This document shows positions 40,752 through 54,682 of a DNA stretch of 64,000 nt, piece after piece. Under the pieces are notes generated by a model. The model worked only from the letters and a program-made list of their open reading frames with translations. It was not told the origin of the DNA and ran no database searches. Numbering within the stretch: position 1 is the stretch's first letter; the number at the start of each line of letters is the position of its first letter. The translations under genes were made by a program, and so were the position numbers. Origin of the DNA: Octopus vulgaris (taxonomy: Eukaryota). The DNA is taken from the NCBI GenBank assembly GCA_951406725.2, contig OX597831.1, forward strand, positions 64,170,001-64,234,000, in the 5' to 3' direction.

Positions 40752-41173
40752 GGATCTTTTCGGTTTGAACGGCAGTTTTTTCTAGCGGTGTCATATGAAA
40801 TTGTCACCCATAATTATGACCCTAATATCGATCTATTGCATTTCAATCTGTTTTAGGGTTAGAGTTAGGGTTAGGGGTGGGGGAGGGTATCTTTTTTTTC
40901 TTCAGAAATGTAAATAAACCCAATCTGTTTCTTAAACGAGGGACATATTCATACGGCACAGAATGTTTTTTACCTCAATAGACATCAGTGATTGGTTGAA
41001 ATTGCAGAAATTGAAGAAAAAAACAACAAATATCTTACAAACTATAGAATTTTCTCAATAAAGCCAAGAGAAAAAGATGTTTTATAAACACATTCTATTA
41101 GTATACGAAGTTTAAATGTGTTTAGTTACGTGGAAATTATTTAAAAAAACTGCCGTTCAAACCGAAAAGATCC
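40752..41173 (-). mobile_element. MITE family M1, copy 4
   Basis: TIRs present; TSD CTGGAGGC / CTGGAGAC. Confidence 0.9.
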
Positions 41174-41753
41174 CTGGAGACATATTTCAATACTTAATGC
41201 ATGCAACATAATGGACCCCGCTAAAGTCACCCAAAAACCCAGATAGTAGTGTTAAACAGAGGGCTGGGCTAAGTCCACCGTTCACGAACATGCACAGCCT
41301 ATCAACTCAATTTTAGTCACAATACTTCATTCAATCCGAAACTATAATTGAATTCACATTCCCCCAATAAAGCGCTGCGCTGCTATCGAACCTTTAACCA
41401 TGTGATTACGACAGAAAACTCCTTCACCGCATCACCGTTGTCTCTACCCAGCAAGGCAAACGGGGGTGGAAACCAATGCTTCTCTTTTCATGGAGATCAG
41501 CTACAAAGCAGGTGTGGTGGTGGGGGCAATATCTCGTCTAAATTCCTCGAGATAAAGCCATACAAACAGAGAATCTGCAATTTGTTTATCCACTCACAAT
41601 CTAGATTTACGATTTGAACTAGAAATACTAATTCTTTTTAAAATCTGATTGGAGTTTTAGGGAACACAACTTTCAATATATAACCGAATTAGATTCTCAT
41701 CTCTTCAACAAATCCACTTGTATCGATGAAACATCGCAACCAATATAAGCTAC

Positions 41754-41813
<60 letters not shown>

Positions 41814-41990
41814 ATATAATATAATATAATATAAATAATATATTATATTTTATTTCTGTATACACGCATATATATATATAAGTCCTGGGGTCGATTTGCT
41901 CGACTAAAGGCGGTGCTCCAGCATGGCCGCAGTCAAATGACTGAAACAAGTAAAAGAATAAAAGAGTAATATATAATAAAATATAATATA

Positions 41991-42030
<40 letters not shown>

Positions 42031-42064
42031 ATATAAATAATATAATATAAATAATATATATATG

Positions 42065-42130
<66 letters not shown>

Positions 42131-42165
42131 TCTGTATGCTTGTTTATGCGAGTGTTATGTGTAGC

Positions 42166-42202
<37 letters not shown>

Positions 42203-42219
42203 GAGTGTGAGTGTGTGCT

Positions 42220-42277
<58 letters not shown>

Positions 42278-42278
<1 letters not shown>

Positions 42279-43057
42279 AGAAACTTAGAAACTTAGATAT
42301 GTTTCGACCAGAGATTGGTCCAGGCCATGTCTAACTTAATAGCACCACCTGATAGGATTATTCGAATCCTGTTTAAGTCAAGTTTTGTTCAAGTAGTGAG
42401 TTCTTGTTGGGTGAGTTGTATCCAGTTTTGTTCAAGTAGTGAGTTCTTGTTGGGTGAGTTGTATCCAATTATGGGTGGCTTGTCTGGTATTCTTTGAAGG
42501 AATCTATCCAGACTCTGTTTGAAGTTGATGGGATCCTTTTCCTCTTTGATCTCCCTCGGGACAATGTTAAATAGGGCAGGGCCTGTTGAGGAAAAGAAAT
42601 TATGTTGCAGTGTACATGTATGTTGTGATCTTGAATTTGGCAGGGGACGTATAGCCCGTGGTCCAAGTCTCGGATGAACCTTGAAGCTAATGTTTAGGTC
42701 GTTTGGGCAAAGTTGGCGGTATATTTTCCACATCGTACAAATGATGTACCGTTCACGGCGACGCTGGAGGGAGTAAAGTTTCAAAGCTTTAAGGCGATCC
42801 CAATAGTCGAGAGCAGCCATGCCTTCAATTTGTTTAGTGAGAGCCCTCTGGGGTGACTCAATTCTGGAGATGTTTTGTCTTGTGTGAGGAGACCACAGTG
42901 GGCAGCAGTATTCAAGGTGTGGCCGTACAAAGGATGAAAAAAGTGGTATGATGACACCTTGTTCTCTGGACCGGAAAGTTCTTAAGATCCAGGAACTCAT
43001 CCTACGAGCTGTATCGACCTTCTTGTTGATGTGTGCACTCCAACTGAGATCGTCATC
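42278..43057 (-). mobile_element. 5'-truncated CR1/L2-group LINE 3' end (RT C-terminus) inserted in (TA)n
   Basis: ORF 42389-43000 reads RPHLEYCCPLWSPH...IESPQRALTKQI...YWDRLKALKLYSLQRRRERY. Short repeat tail (TCTAAGTT)2 on the minus strand. Confidence 0.85.
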
Positions 43058-43072
43058 ATATATATAATATAT

Positions 43073-43156
<84 letters not shown>

Positions 43157-43194
43157 AGCTTGTTGTGCATTTTGTTGGAGAATTAAGTTCCCGG

Positions 43195-43280
43195 ATTTTC
43201 CTGAAGAGAAAGCTGCATAATGGACTCCTTAGTCACTCGGAATTAGGGACTTTGCAGACTTCGAAACATATGTCGAAAAT
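43195..43280 (+). ncRNA. Type I hammerhead ribozyme (canonical core)
   Basis: ATTTTC-CTGAAGA-[GAAAGCTGCA...TGCAGACTTC]-GAAAC-ATAT-GTC-GAAAAT: perfect 6-bp stem I, palindromic stem III ACATATGT, GUC cleavage triplet. Confidence 0.8.
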
Positions 43281-43329
43281 AAAATAAAGGAATTTTGTTA
43301 AATCTTCGTTCAGCTCCATTCTTTCCTAT

Positions 43330-43485
<156 letters not shown>

Positions 43486-43851
43486 CATGTATATAGTAAA
43501 TCCCAAAAGAGACGAAGAACAAACACAAAAAGAAAAAAACAACAACACGAGCACGTGGTACATGCAAAGTATTAGCAGACGTTCAGAGAAGGAAAGAAAG
43601 GTAGTTTTTACGTATCGAGCAAAGCTCTTCGTCAGAAACAAGAGACAGATGAAAGTCCAAGAGAAAAGGAAGACGGAGCAAAAAATCGTGTGTACGCGTC
43701 CGTGTACGTGTGCGTGTATGTGTAGATGTATGTGTGTGTATGTATATGTGCGTGTATACAGAAATAAAATATAATAAAATAAGAAGGATAAAAATATAGG
43801 GAAAAAAGGGAGAAGGGTGCAAGTAAAATGAATTTAAAAAATGAATAAAGA

Positions 43852-44032
43852 CAGGAGTGGCTGTGTGGTAAGTAGCTTGCTTACCAGCCACATGGTCCTA
43901 GATTCAGTTCCACTCCGTGGCACCTTGGGCAACTGTCTTCTACTATAGCCTCGGGCCGACCAAAGCCTTGTGAGTGGATTTGGTATATGGAAACTGAAAG
44001 ATGCCCGTCGTATATATGTATATATATATGTA

Positions 44033-44079
<47 letters not shown>

Positions 44080-44313
44080 GTGTGTGTGTATGTGTGTCTG
44101 TGTTTGCCCCCTCCCCCCCAAAAAAAAACATCGCTTGACAACTGATGCTGGTGTGTTTGCGTCCCCGTAACTTAGCGGTTCGGCAAAAGAGATCGATAGA
44201 ATAAGTACTAGGCTTTCAAGGAATAAGCTCTGGTGCCGATTTGCTCGACTAAAGGCAGTGCTCCAGCATGACCACAGTCAAATGACTGAAAGAAGTAAAA
44301 GAATAAAAGAATA
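43852..44313 (+). mobile_element. SINE family C
   Basis: Matches the family; GAATAAAGACA is duplicated at the flanks. Confidence 0.85.
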
Positions 44314-44375
44314 AAGACACATATTGACTTTGATGCGATACATATAAATATACATACGTGTACTCACACACACAC

Positions 44376-44415
<40 letters not shown>

Positions 44416-44773
44416 GCACACACAATCGCGCACACACACACATGCGCGCGCGCATATATATTTTTGATCCATAAAATAGTGTTCAAACATATATTACAAA
44501 TGGCTAGTGTATGTCTGTTTACCCACAGATATTTATGGGTACGTTATGTACGTGATAATTGATACATACATATATACATACATACATACATGCACGCACG
44601 CACGCACGCACACACACACGCACACACATATCAACAGTTGCGGCTCTCGAAGCTATGTGCGGCTCCCAAGTTGATATAGAGCTTCAGTTCTATTTTACCT
44701 CAAACACCATACTCTTGAGATGCACGAACGTAGGAAACTTGTAAATATAAATGTATAAATATATACTTAGTGC

Positions 44774-44820
<47 letters not shown>

Positions 44821-45212
44821 TATATAACGGGAAGCTTTATGAAAATAGACAAAAGACGAAGGCAGGTTTACGGAAATAAACAAAAGACGAAGGCAGGTGG
44901 AATACAAACAAACAATTGTATTAGTATGGCGCTCAGGAAATATAAATAAAACAAGTCTTTAACGTTTCGAGCCTACGCTCTTTAACAGAAAGATACACAG
45001 AGAAAAAACACAGAAAGAAGGAGAGAAAAAAATATGCGTGCAGAGGCTAGCGAATCAACATGGCGATCTGATTTCGGCCAGAAGTCAAAGATCAAACGTG
45101 AGACGCAAGAGCGAAATTAGGGGAGATAATAGGGTTACACACAACATAAACATATATGCATTTACATATATCTACACGCACTGATAAATTTTTATACGCA
45201 GTTATATACACA

Positions 45213-45247
<35 letters not shown>

Positions 45248-45290
45248 TCGTTTATTTATATATAAATTCTTTTGTTTTTCTATAAAGTTC

Positions 45291-45345
<55 letters not shown>

Positions 45346-45447
45346 GGAGTAAACACATAAATGTGAAACAAGGTGGAAAAAAGAGTACTCAAATACCAGG
45401 GGTAGAGTAATATGCTTTATTTAAAAGCAGCAGAAATTCAACAAAAC

Positions 45448-45485
45448 CTGTTACTCTGAGTTTCACGTTCCCGTTCGTCGGACAG
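45448..45485 (-). ncRNA. Minimal hammerhead-like motif (U4C core) in a fold-back element
   Basis: CTGT-CCGACGA-ACG-GGAA-CGT-GAAAC-TCAGA-GTA-ACAG. A sister copy lies at 23660-23697 (plus strand). Confidence 0.55.
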
Positions 45486-46339
45486 TTTTTGCTGAGAAGA
45501 AGAAAGGAACCGACACGTGAAACTCAGAGTAACAGGTTTTGTTGAATTTCTGCTGCTCTTAAATAAAGTATATATATATATATTCTTTTATTCTTATAAT
45601 TATTTCAGTCATTTGACTGCGGCCATGCTGGAGCACTACCTTTAGTCGAACAAGTCGACCCCGGGACATATTTTTTGTAAGCCTAGTACTTATTCTATCA
45701 GACTCCTTTGCCCACCCTTCCCTATTCTTCTCCTCTCCTCTTCACCGTTCCCTCTCTTTCACTCTTCCTCCTTGACTCTCTCGTTGCTGACACGTGACGA
45801 AAGGGAATCTATTTTTCTGTTCATATCCTTCCTAAAGACAAAACGTGCTTCCTGTTTCCTCCCATAGCTCGTCCTCCTAGCGTTCATAATTTTTCTATCG
45901 TCTTCGCTTAACAGCCCTCACCGTTTGTTTTACTGTCTTGTTCTCACTGTCCTGCTTTTGTTACCACTTTCACCCTCCGCGAAAAGACCCAAATTTTATT
46001 TAATTTGCCTTGCGGGAAGGGTTGTTTCAATGAAGTCGCGTATTGTCCTTACCTTCGAAAAGCGGAGTAAATGAAACAAGGAAAACTGATGGAGGGGAAT
46101 ATTCGTTATGTTGCATCTCGTTCCTCTGTTTGTTTTTTTCGTTGTTCGAAAAAAAAGTTCGTTTTCTATGTTTTTGTTTTTATATTTTCGTTTCTCATTA
46201 TGTTCAATGTTTTTTGATGTCCTGTACCCATATATGTATGTATATATACATATATATGTAAGTATGTACATATATGTATGTATATATGCATATATTTATA
46301 AATTATTTATATAACATATATATATGTATATATATATAT

Positions 46340-46555
46340 ACTCTTTTACTCTTTTACTTGTTTCAGTCATTTGACTGCGGCCATGCTGGAGCACCGTCTT
46401 TGGTCGAGCAAATCTACTTATTCTTTGTAAGCCTAGTACTTATTCTATCGGTATCTATTGCCGAACCGCTAAATTACAGGAACGTAAACACACCAGCATC
46501 GGTTGTCAAGCGATGTTGAGGGGACAAACACAGACACACAAACACATATATATAC

Positions 46556-46593
<38 letters not shown>

Positions 46594-46729
46594 ACGACAG
46601 GCTTCTTTCAGTTTCCGTCTATCAAATCCACTCACAAGGATTTGGTCGACCCGAGGCTATAGTAGAAGACACTGGGACTGAACCAAGAACCATGTCGTTG
46701 GTAAGCAAGCTACTTACCACACAGCCTCG

Positions 46730-46732
<3 letters not shown>
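46340..46732 (-). mobile_element. SINE family C
   Basis: Reverse-complement match with a small internal deletion. Confidence 0.8.
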
Positions 46733-46771
<39 letters not shown>

Positions 46772-47392
46772 GAGTGGCTGTGTAGTAAGCAGCTTGCTTC
46801 CAATCACATATATAAATATATATATATATATATATGTAGTATGTATGTATGCATACATAAACACACACACACGTGCGCATAAACGCATAAACACATAATA
46901 CGTATCGGCTCCTTTCTTCCTCTCCGCCCCCGCCTTCGCTTTTGTCTTCTATCCTCTTCATGCCTTTTCATATTCTTTTCCATCCCCTCGCCATTTCCTA
47001 CTCGCCATTTCATACCACCTTTTCTCTCCACCTCCTACTCCGCCTTCATTTCAAATCCAATCTTTTCCTATTATTTTTCTTCTGCCCCTATACTTTCTTC
47101 CCCTGACCTTTCTACTCTTCTCTTTCACTTTCTGCCTTTTATCAACTAATTAATGAATAAAAATCTTAAAATTTATCTTACCAACCTAGTTTTTTATAGT
47201 TTCCGCTACAACTTACTCCTCCTACATAGTACTTAACACACCGTCCACTAAGAAGCCTTTAAAAGTAAATTATATGTTGTTTTCTGAAATAAATTTGATT
47301 GAAAAAATATATATAATTTTTCAATAAAATCATTGAAACGTTCGAAATGAAGGACTCAAAATATCAATAATTTGTTCACTATGATGATAAAC

Positions 47393-47480
<88 letters not shown>

Positions 47481-47535
47481 CGATAGATAGATAGCGAGCT
47501 TAAGGTGGTGGTGGTGGTGGTGGTGGTGGTGGTGG
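47393..47535. repeat. (GATA)n and (GGT)n microsatellites
   Basis: Direct reading. Numerous (TA)n tracts also occur throughout the window. Confidence 0.95.
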
Positions 47536-47575
47536 GTTTTATTCTTGAATATTTCCGTGGTTCAAGACCGGATTC

Positions 47576-48219
47576 GGATCTTTTCTATTTGGCTGCCCCT
47601 TTTCGTAATTTTAAAATTAAGTGAAAATTTTCAAATCTGGTGTATTAATGTAATTTTTTACGCTGAATCTATGGGTCTACTACACTTGTTCCGGAAGAAT
47701 TTTTTTTTTTTTTTTTTCAAGTTACAGAAGTTTAAAGTTTGATCATTTTTACCCTGTCAGAAAACAGGCTTTGGAAGCTGTCATTTTGCAATCATAAGAT
47801 GACAAAACAATAATGTCAATATTCCGATAGTAGCATGTGTTTTAAGCATTTAATAAGTGAAAATGACCAAAAAACTAGTAAATAACACATTTTTTGTAGT
47901 TTTAAGCATTCAAGATATAGGTATCGAAAATGCAACATAAAATATCCAAAAATAGCAATCAGGAAAACACAGCGTAAAGTATCAGTTTGTAAACAAACGG
48001 GATTTTTCGCATACAAGTGTTCCAACGCTTGGTTTGTTACTATATGTCTGTGACTTTCGATTGGCTAAAATTATCCAAAATTTGCAAATGGCGAAAGTGA
48101 ATTTCCTGTCAATAATTAGCATACATAACTACATCAATACACCACATCTGAAATTCCAATTGATTTCTTCAACAAAATTGAAGAAATTGAAAAAGTGTCA
48201 GCCAAACAGAAAAGACCCC
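47576..48219. mobile_element. Second non-autonomous DNA transposon family (M2) sharing the GGATCTTTTC terminus
   Basis: TIR GGATCTTTTCTATTTGGCTG ... CAGCCAAACAGAAAAGACCC; flanks CCGGATTC / CTGGATTC. Confidence 0.7.
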
Positions 48220-48799
48220 CTGGATTCGAACTATAAACTATGAGTAAGAACACTGAATATTTTACATTATTTTTTAAACTTATTCTTCAGCAAAGTCAGC
48301 CATATTAAACTGGTAACTGCAAATGAGTTCCCTCATTCGGTTAACGGCCAGTGATCGTGTATTGCTTCTTTCATTTCTTTTTTCTAAGTTTCTGAAGTAA
48401 TTACCTATCAGTTATGGTAATTATATTCCGTAGCATAGAAGGCCTTTGAAGTATTCACCCTGAGTTAATACAGAAGATTGTACGATTTCGTTGCATTCTA
48501 AAAATAAAGTTTAATCTACATCTTCCAATCCCTGTATCATTAGTTTTCCTTTCGAGTAAGAACACATAAGATGAGAACAGATATGTGTTTGACATTGAAA
48601 CTGATGGCAATCTATACATCCAACTTAATGTGTTTGTATTGTTATAGCAACGAATGCTGCATTATTTCCTTTGAGAGTACCTGTCATGAGGTAAACAACG
48701 CAATTTTCGGTGCTCTAATAATACATCCACGTTACGTTGGATACGTAGATTGCCTTTTGGTACTAATACTGCGTCTGTTGTTAATAATTATTGCAACAG

Positions 48800-50040
48800 A
48801 TGTTCGTTAGGGTTCGTATTCGTCCCCCGTTTTACTTCTAATTTATGTTAGCTTCATCACGGAGAAAACTTATCAATCCCGTGTACTAAATATGTATTTC
48901 TTTATTGCCCACAAGGGGCTAAACATAGAGGGGACAAACAAAGACAGACAAAGGGATTAAGTCGATTACATCGACCCCAGTGCGTAACTAGTAGTTTATT
49001 TATCGACCCCGAAAGGATGAAAGGCAAAGTCGACCTCGGCGGAATTTGAACTCGTGTACTGAATATAATGAAGAAAGCTGGGCGACGTGGATTTTGTCGA
49101 TGGCATTACGCTTCTTTGCCATGAAGTAGGGTATGTACAGAAATTATCATCTACTTTTAAGCACAGATGAAGAATAAGTTAGACTGGTACCAGTAGATAG
49201 AAAACTAAAGTTATTTCCATTAATTATCACCATACCTATTGACAAATTTCCATAACTTGGAAGCAGTATTTCTGGTTGTGGTAAAGCGGTGAGCTGGCAG
49301 AACCGTTAGCACACCGGGCAAAATGCTCAGTGGGATTTCGCCCATCCTTACGTTTTGAATTCAAATCCCGCCATGATCAACTTTGCCTTTAATCCTTTCG
49401 GGGCCGATAAAATAAGTACCAGTTGAACACTGGTGTCGATGTAATCGACTTAACCTCTTCCTTGAACTTGCTGGCCTTGTACCTTGTACCATAATTTGAA
49501 ATCAATATTTTTAGTCATGGTGATACACAAGTCATTCAGAGGAGGCTTGGTGGAGGCTGCTTTGGTTTCCCAGTGGTTGTGCATTGTATAGTCCAAAGTC
49601 TGCATTTACATGGAGGAGAAATTACGCCTCTACATGTGCACAGTGGTAGCAACAGCTATCTATGCTAGTAAAACATGGAAAAGTACAGCAAGCATTCGCA
49701 GCAAACTTGCTGTCTTTCAAAGGCTTTGTATGCTGTCGATAATGAACGATCAATGTGTAACAGGGGCCTTTGAAGAGATTATATTACTAATTAAAAAGTT
49801 ATGGGAGAAGCTGGGTTGGGAATTTGACGAGATACTGTGAAAAGAAGGGGAAAACGATTTATTAAATTTTGTGTTTTTAATAAAGGGAAGGATATTCCAC
49901 AAAGCAATGACGTGTATACCAGAGGTTGCCACAAAAGGAAAAATGGGAGACCCACGTCATGTCTGGAGAACTTTATGGGGGATCTGCAGCACATAAAAGT
50001 AGATGGGGAACAAGTGATAAAGGACAGCCATCGCTCAATA
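48800..50040 (+). pseudogene. Decayed RTE-like RT fragment interrupted by SINEs
   Basis: Remnants DFVDGITLL (FADD-like), KFP*LGSSI and KLRLYMCTVVATAIYASKTW...LAVFQRLC. Confidence 0.6.
48894..49052 (-). mobile_element. 5'-truncated SINE family B
   Basis: TSD CGTGTACTRAATAT. Further older family B copies lie near 4855, 6880, 7278, 8694, 20730, 29130, 30375, 35945, 40310 and 49285. Confidence 0.8.
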
Positions 50041-50558
50041 TAAGTGAACTTCAGAAATGGAAATTTTAAAAATGGTATGGGATATTTCTTTCTCGTACTG
50101 ACTATGTTCAGTTAGTACTGACTCAGAAGTTTCTCCTCTCATCAAAGCTTTCTGGACGTTCTTTTTTTTCTGAAAATTACTGTCATCCAATTTTCCTTTA
50201 TGTGACCTTCCGTAAGTGATCCCTTATCCCACGTGTTTTCTATTCTTCTGCTTATTCCAGTTTCTTTCTGAAAGACAAACTGGAATAAGCAGAACAAGAG
50301 GAGACCTCTTTGAAGGGGTCATAGTGTGTGGGACGAAAGAGCTTTGACAAAGAAACCAAAATAATAATAATAAATCTGAGGTGAGAGCAAAATATATAGT
50401 GTCAGTGTTTAATTGCCAAAATATGCTCATTCCCAAGTATAACAATAAAGTAAACAATGGTTTTTAATTGAAGTGTTTATGCGTTCAAGGAAACTACGAT
50501 GGTAATTTGTTGATTGATCTCCAGTGCGTCACGAAGTCAAAACTATTCAAGATTATTG

Positions 50559-50987
50559 GGATCTTTTCAGTTTGACCGGCAGTTTTTAAAAATAATTTCC
50601 ACATAACTAAACACTTTTAAACTTCGTATACTGGTAGAATGTGTTTATAAAACATCTTTTTCTCTTGGCTTTATTGAGAAAATTCTATAGTTTGTAAGAT
50701 ATTTGTTGTTTTTTTCTTCAATTTCTGCAATTTCAACCAATCACTGACGTCTATTGAGGTAAAAAAAACATTCTGTGCCATATGAATATGTCCCTCGTTT
50801 AAGAAACAGATTGGGTTTATTTACATTTGTGAAGAAAAAAAGATACCCTTCCCCCCACCCCTAACCCTAACTAATCCTAACCCTAAAACAGATTGAAATG
50901 CAATAGATCGATACTAGGGTCATAATTATGGGTGACAATTTCATATGACACCGCTAGAAAAAACTGCCGTTCAAACCGAAAAGATCC
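50559..50987 (+). mobile_element. MITE family M1, copy 5
   Basis: TIRs present; perfect TSD GATTATTG; abuts a Penelope RT remnant. Confidence 0.9.
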
Positions 50988-50995
50988 GATTATTG

Positions 50996-51190
50996 TTCTA
51001 TAATATCCATAAGCAAAGTAACATTTCTCTTATCGGTGAGTATGATGAATCTGTCCTTCTTTAAAGTCCCGGTCACTCTTCTTACTTCTTTGCAGGCGTT
51101 CGATTTTGAAGGACTGGCCTTTTCCAATACACTTTTCGAACTCCCCATCTTAGTTCTTCTGATTTCTCTGCGTTCAAATCCCACCGTGCT
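50996..51190 (-). pseudogene. Penelope-like RT N-terminal remnant
   Basis: SPSKSNACKEVRRVTGTLKKDRFIILTDKRNVTLLMD resembles the PLE motif SN...EE..AL..LK.D..IILPADKGN.TV.MD. Confidence 0.6.
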
Positions 51191-52647
51191 TGATTTGGCT
51201 TTTCATTCGTCCGGGTTCGATAAAAATATATAACTGTAAAATACCGACATTAATCAATATCTCTTTATTTCTGCTGAATACAGACCATGTTTCCACCAGC
51301 CACAGTCAGAAGTGCAGGGACTTGTTCTTGGGTAATAAATATAATCCATCACCCAGTTTCACACAATCGCCATTACCATCAAATAAGCGGAATCCACTCT
51401 GTTCCAAAATTTCAGGCAGGTCTCAAGTCTGAGTATATTTTCACTGTTTTTTACATGAGTTATAATGTCTTCCTTCACTAATCTCGAACGCCCTACAACA
51501 GTCGAAGCTTCTATCCGTCCTCCTCTGACTGAACTATAAAAAAATTTCAACTGAACTCCCTTCATTTCAAAAATTGGCCTCAGGCCTAAGTAAGACACCA
51601 GTTTCAGCTCTCACCTGACACCTTGATGTCACTCACTAATAAAACCCTTGATTTATTTTTAATGAGATTTCGCCGTAAATAAGATTTATATAAACAGAGT
51701 TTTAACAGTTGAGATTGTAGTGGTGAGTGAGATGTTTCGTTATTACTATGAAGACGTTTTACTCTTAAGTGGAATGAATGATATCATGTCAATAATACAG
51801 TAATCTCATGACAAGAAATATCGAGGATAAATCTTCTATCGTCTAACTAAACACATATTTCAAGTCACTATCTCTAAACGATATCTATTCATCTTGATAT
51901 TTCAGCTAGAGATATAAATATTAACTTTGAAAAATGTAATCGAAAGATGATCTGAGGAAAGTTGCCAAAAAGTGGGGTTCGATAATCCTATATTCTATTC
52001 TATTCAGAATTCTCTCATGAAAAGACCAAATGAGTGGTAAGTTGAGTAAAAGCCATAAGTAACAAAAGACTCGTTCAAGTATTACAGAGGAACGAGGAAA
52101 TCGAAATTTGTGAATGTCGACCAAGCTTTTATGCAGTTGCTTTCTATGTAAGCTACAAAGAAAAATACTTAAGGGAAAAGACATTGAATTACAAAAAAAA
52201 TCTTGTTTTATTATATTTTTAATTTCTATTTTGTACATTGAGTAATCAAATATAGTTCTTTGTTACTTATTGGATATGAAATACCGAATAATGATTATTG
52301 CTGCAACAAATACCAAACTCCTTCAGCAGGAAAAAATATATAATTAAGAATAATGATTTCTAGCGTTGGCAGCAGAGAATTGTAGACAGTGTTTCTGAGA
52401 GGAAGAAGAGACTGTGAAGACAGAAAAAAGAGGACAAATTTCATATTTAATAAGATTGGAATTATTCCCAGTTTTTTTCAGTTTGTGCAACTCCTTGGCG
52501 AAGAAAAAAGGAATTACAGGGATTCAAACTCTACTAAGTCTTCGCATTAATAAAAAGGGAGTTACCAAAAAGTATTCCCTAATACTTGCAGAGAGCCTCA
52601 TATTTGCCAATTTGAGAGCCCATAGCGGGACTGGGACTTTTTTTTTA

Positions 52648-53063
52648 AGGCGGCGAGCTGGCAGAAATGTTAGCACGCAGGGCGAAATGCGTAGCCGTAT
52701 TTCGTCTGTCGTTACGTTCCGAGTTCAAGTTCCACCGAGGTCGACTTTGCCTTTCATCCTTTCGGGGTCGATAAATTAAGTACCAGTTACGCACTGGGGT
52801 TGATGTAATCGACTTAATCCCTTTGTTTGTCCTTGTTTGTCCCCTCTATGTTTAGCCCCTTGTGGGTTATAAAGAAATAGGTATTTCGTCTATCGTTACG
52901 TTCCGAGTTCAAATTCCGCCGAGGTCGACTTTGCCTTTCATCCTTTCGGGGTCGATAAATTAAGTACCAGTTACGCACTGGGGTCGATGTAATCGACTTA
53001 ATCCCTTTTTCTGTCCTTGTTTGTCCTCCTCTGTGTTTAGCCCCTTGTGGGTAGTAAAGAAAT
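52648..53063 (+). mobile_element. tRNA-derived SINE family B (Meta-domain-like), tandem dimer
   Basis: Head GGCGGCGAGCTGGCAGAA, B box GAGTTCAAATTCC, central GCCTTTCATCCTTTCGGGGTCGATAAATTAAGTACC; a 184-bp body is repeated. Confidence 0.85.
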
Positions 53064-53395
53064 ATATTTTTTATAGACTTCAGAGGGATGAAAAACAAAA
53101 GACTGATATCCGACGAAATTTGAACTCAGAACATAAGGAAATCTAACTAAATATTGCCTTATATTTTGTCCAACGGTCAACCCTTTCATCCGTTACATAT
53201 ATTAATATGCAGTAGAGTGTTTATATACAGGAGGGGTTTTTTTTTACAAACTTGTTATATTACACAAGGTCTCTTTTATTAAGTTCTTGAAACAATTTTC
53301 TGTGTCAATTAAATCTTTGAATTTTCAATACGTTTTCTCTCAGTGGTTGTCTTGTTGATGTTGTTGTTGCTACTGTTGTTGTTGCTGTTGCTGTT

Positions 53396-53765
53396 GAGTG
53401 AACGGTCTTCGTCCCAGAGCTCGCAAGATGGGAGAAGTCCGAAACGCGGTCCTTTGCTATTCGTAAGACCCGCAGAAGAGAAAACAGGTCAACCCCCGAC
53501 ACCGAGAGCATCGACGAATGGATGAACGCGCATCCAGGCTCAGAGGTTGCATAGGAAGTCGGGGAGGACAAGAAACAGGAAGAAAGAGTGAGAGAAAGTT
53601 GGGGGAAAGAGTACAACAGGTGTCGCCACCACCCCCTGCCGGAGCTTCGTGGAGCTTTAGGTGTTTTCGCTCAATAAACACTCACAATGCCCGGTTTGGG
53701 AATCGAAACCGCGATCCTCCGACCACGAGTCCGCTGCCCTAACCACTGGGCCATTGCGCCTCCAC
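53396..53765 (-). mobile_element. SINE family A-related subfamily
   Basis: Related tRNA head (TGGCCCAGTGG / GGTTTCGATTCC) and body (CACCTAAAGCTCCACG), with a different 3' part and a (CAA)n-rich tail. Confidence 0.75.
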
Positions 53766-54650
53766 TGTTGTTGCTGCTCCTGCTGTTTAACCCAGACTCA
53801 GCCCTGATTGAGTAGGTATGGGTATGATCAAAGGCGTTCCACCTGTGACCATCCTGTCTTTTTGTTTGTATTAATAGAACTACATTTTTTTATTAAAATG
53901 TTAGAATGTAGTTTAACATTTTCTTCTCCACAGCCCTGATATATCGAAATAGCAGATCGAACGACCACGTAAAACTTCTCTCGTTGGCTCGTCAGTTAAA
54001 TGATCTTGTTGTTGTTGTTAGCCTCAAGTTGATCAAAGGAATTCCAAATGTGACCATCATGTCTTTTCAAACACTGTGTATCCTGATTCCTATTATCAAT
54101 TGCGGTAGTGTGTGATTTTAGACAAATTTGCCTGCTATTTCAAGCCTGTTAAGCTACTAAATCACAGTTCATTTTTTTGGTTCGTGGTCATCAGAATAGC
54201 GGTGGCGTCGCTCATTGGCATTTGGTCAAAATATCCTCCATGTTTGTAGTTGAAAAGAACTGTTCGAATAGTATTTCTTCTCATTCTGACATATTGATGC
54301 CTTCTTTTGATGGTTTTTTTTTCTTGTCTTTTTGTTTTATTGAGCATATCGAAATGCTGCCCAAGAATATTATACTAAATCACGTAGCTCAGGGAACTTC
54401 TTTTATTTATTATCGTTGGAAGAAAATTGCCGCTTCGATTATAGAAATACTATTGGCATTTTCTTCTTCAAAGTCCAGATGTATCGGAATAACGGTGACA
54501 CATTTTTGAGGAAGTCGAAGATACGCTGGAAAATATTGGATATCGGACTCTGTGCGTGTGTGTGTGTGTGTGTTTGTGTGTGTGCGTGACTGTGCGCGCG
54601 CCTCTGTGTGTGTGTGTGTGTGTGTGTGTGCGTGACTGTGCGCGCGCCTC

Positions 54651-54682
<32 letters not shown>

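Noticed and set aside
54162-54540. Host exons in non-repetitive short ORFs
   Set aside because: No recognisable domain or consistent splice structure.
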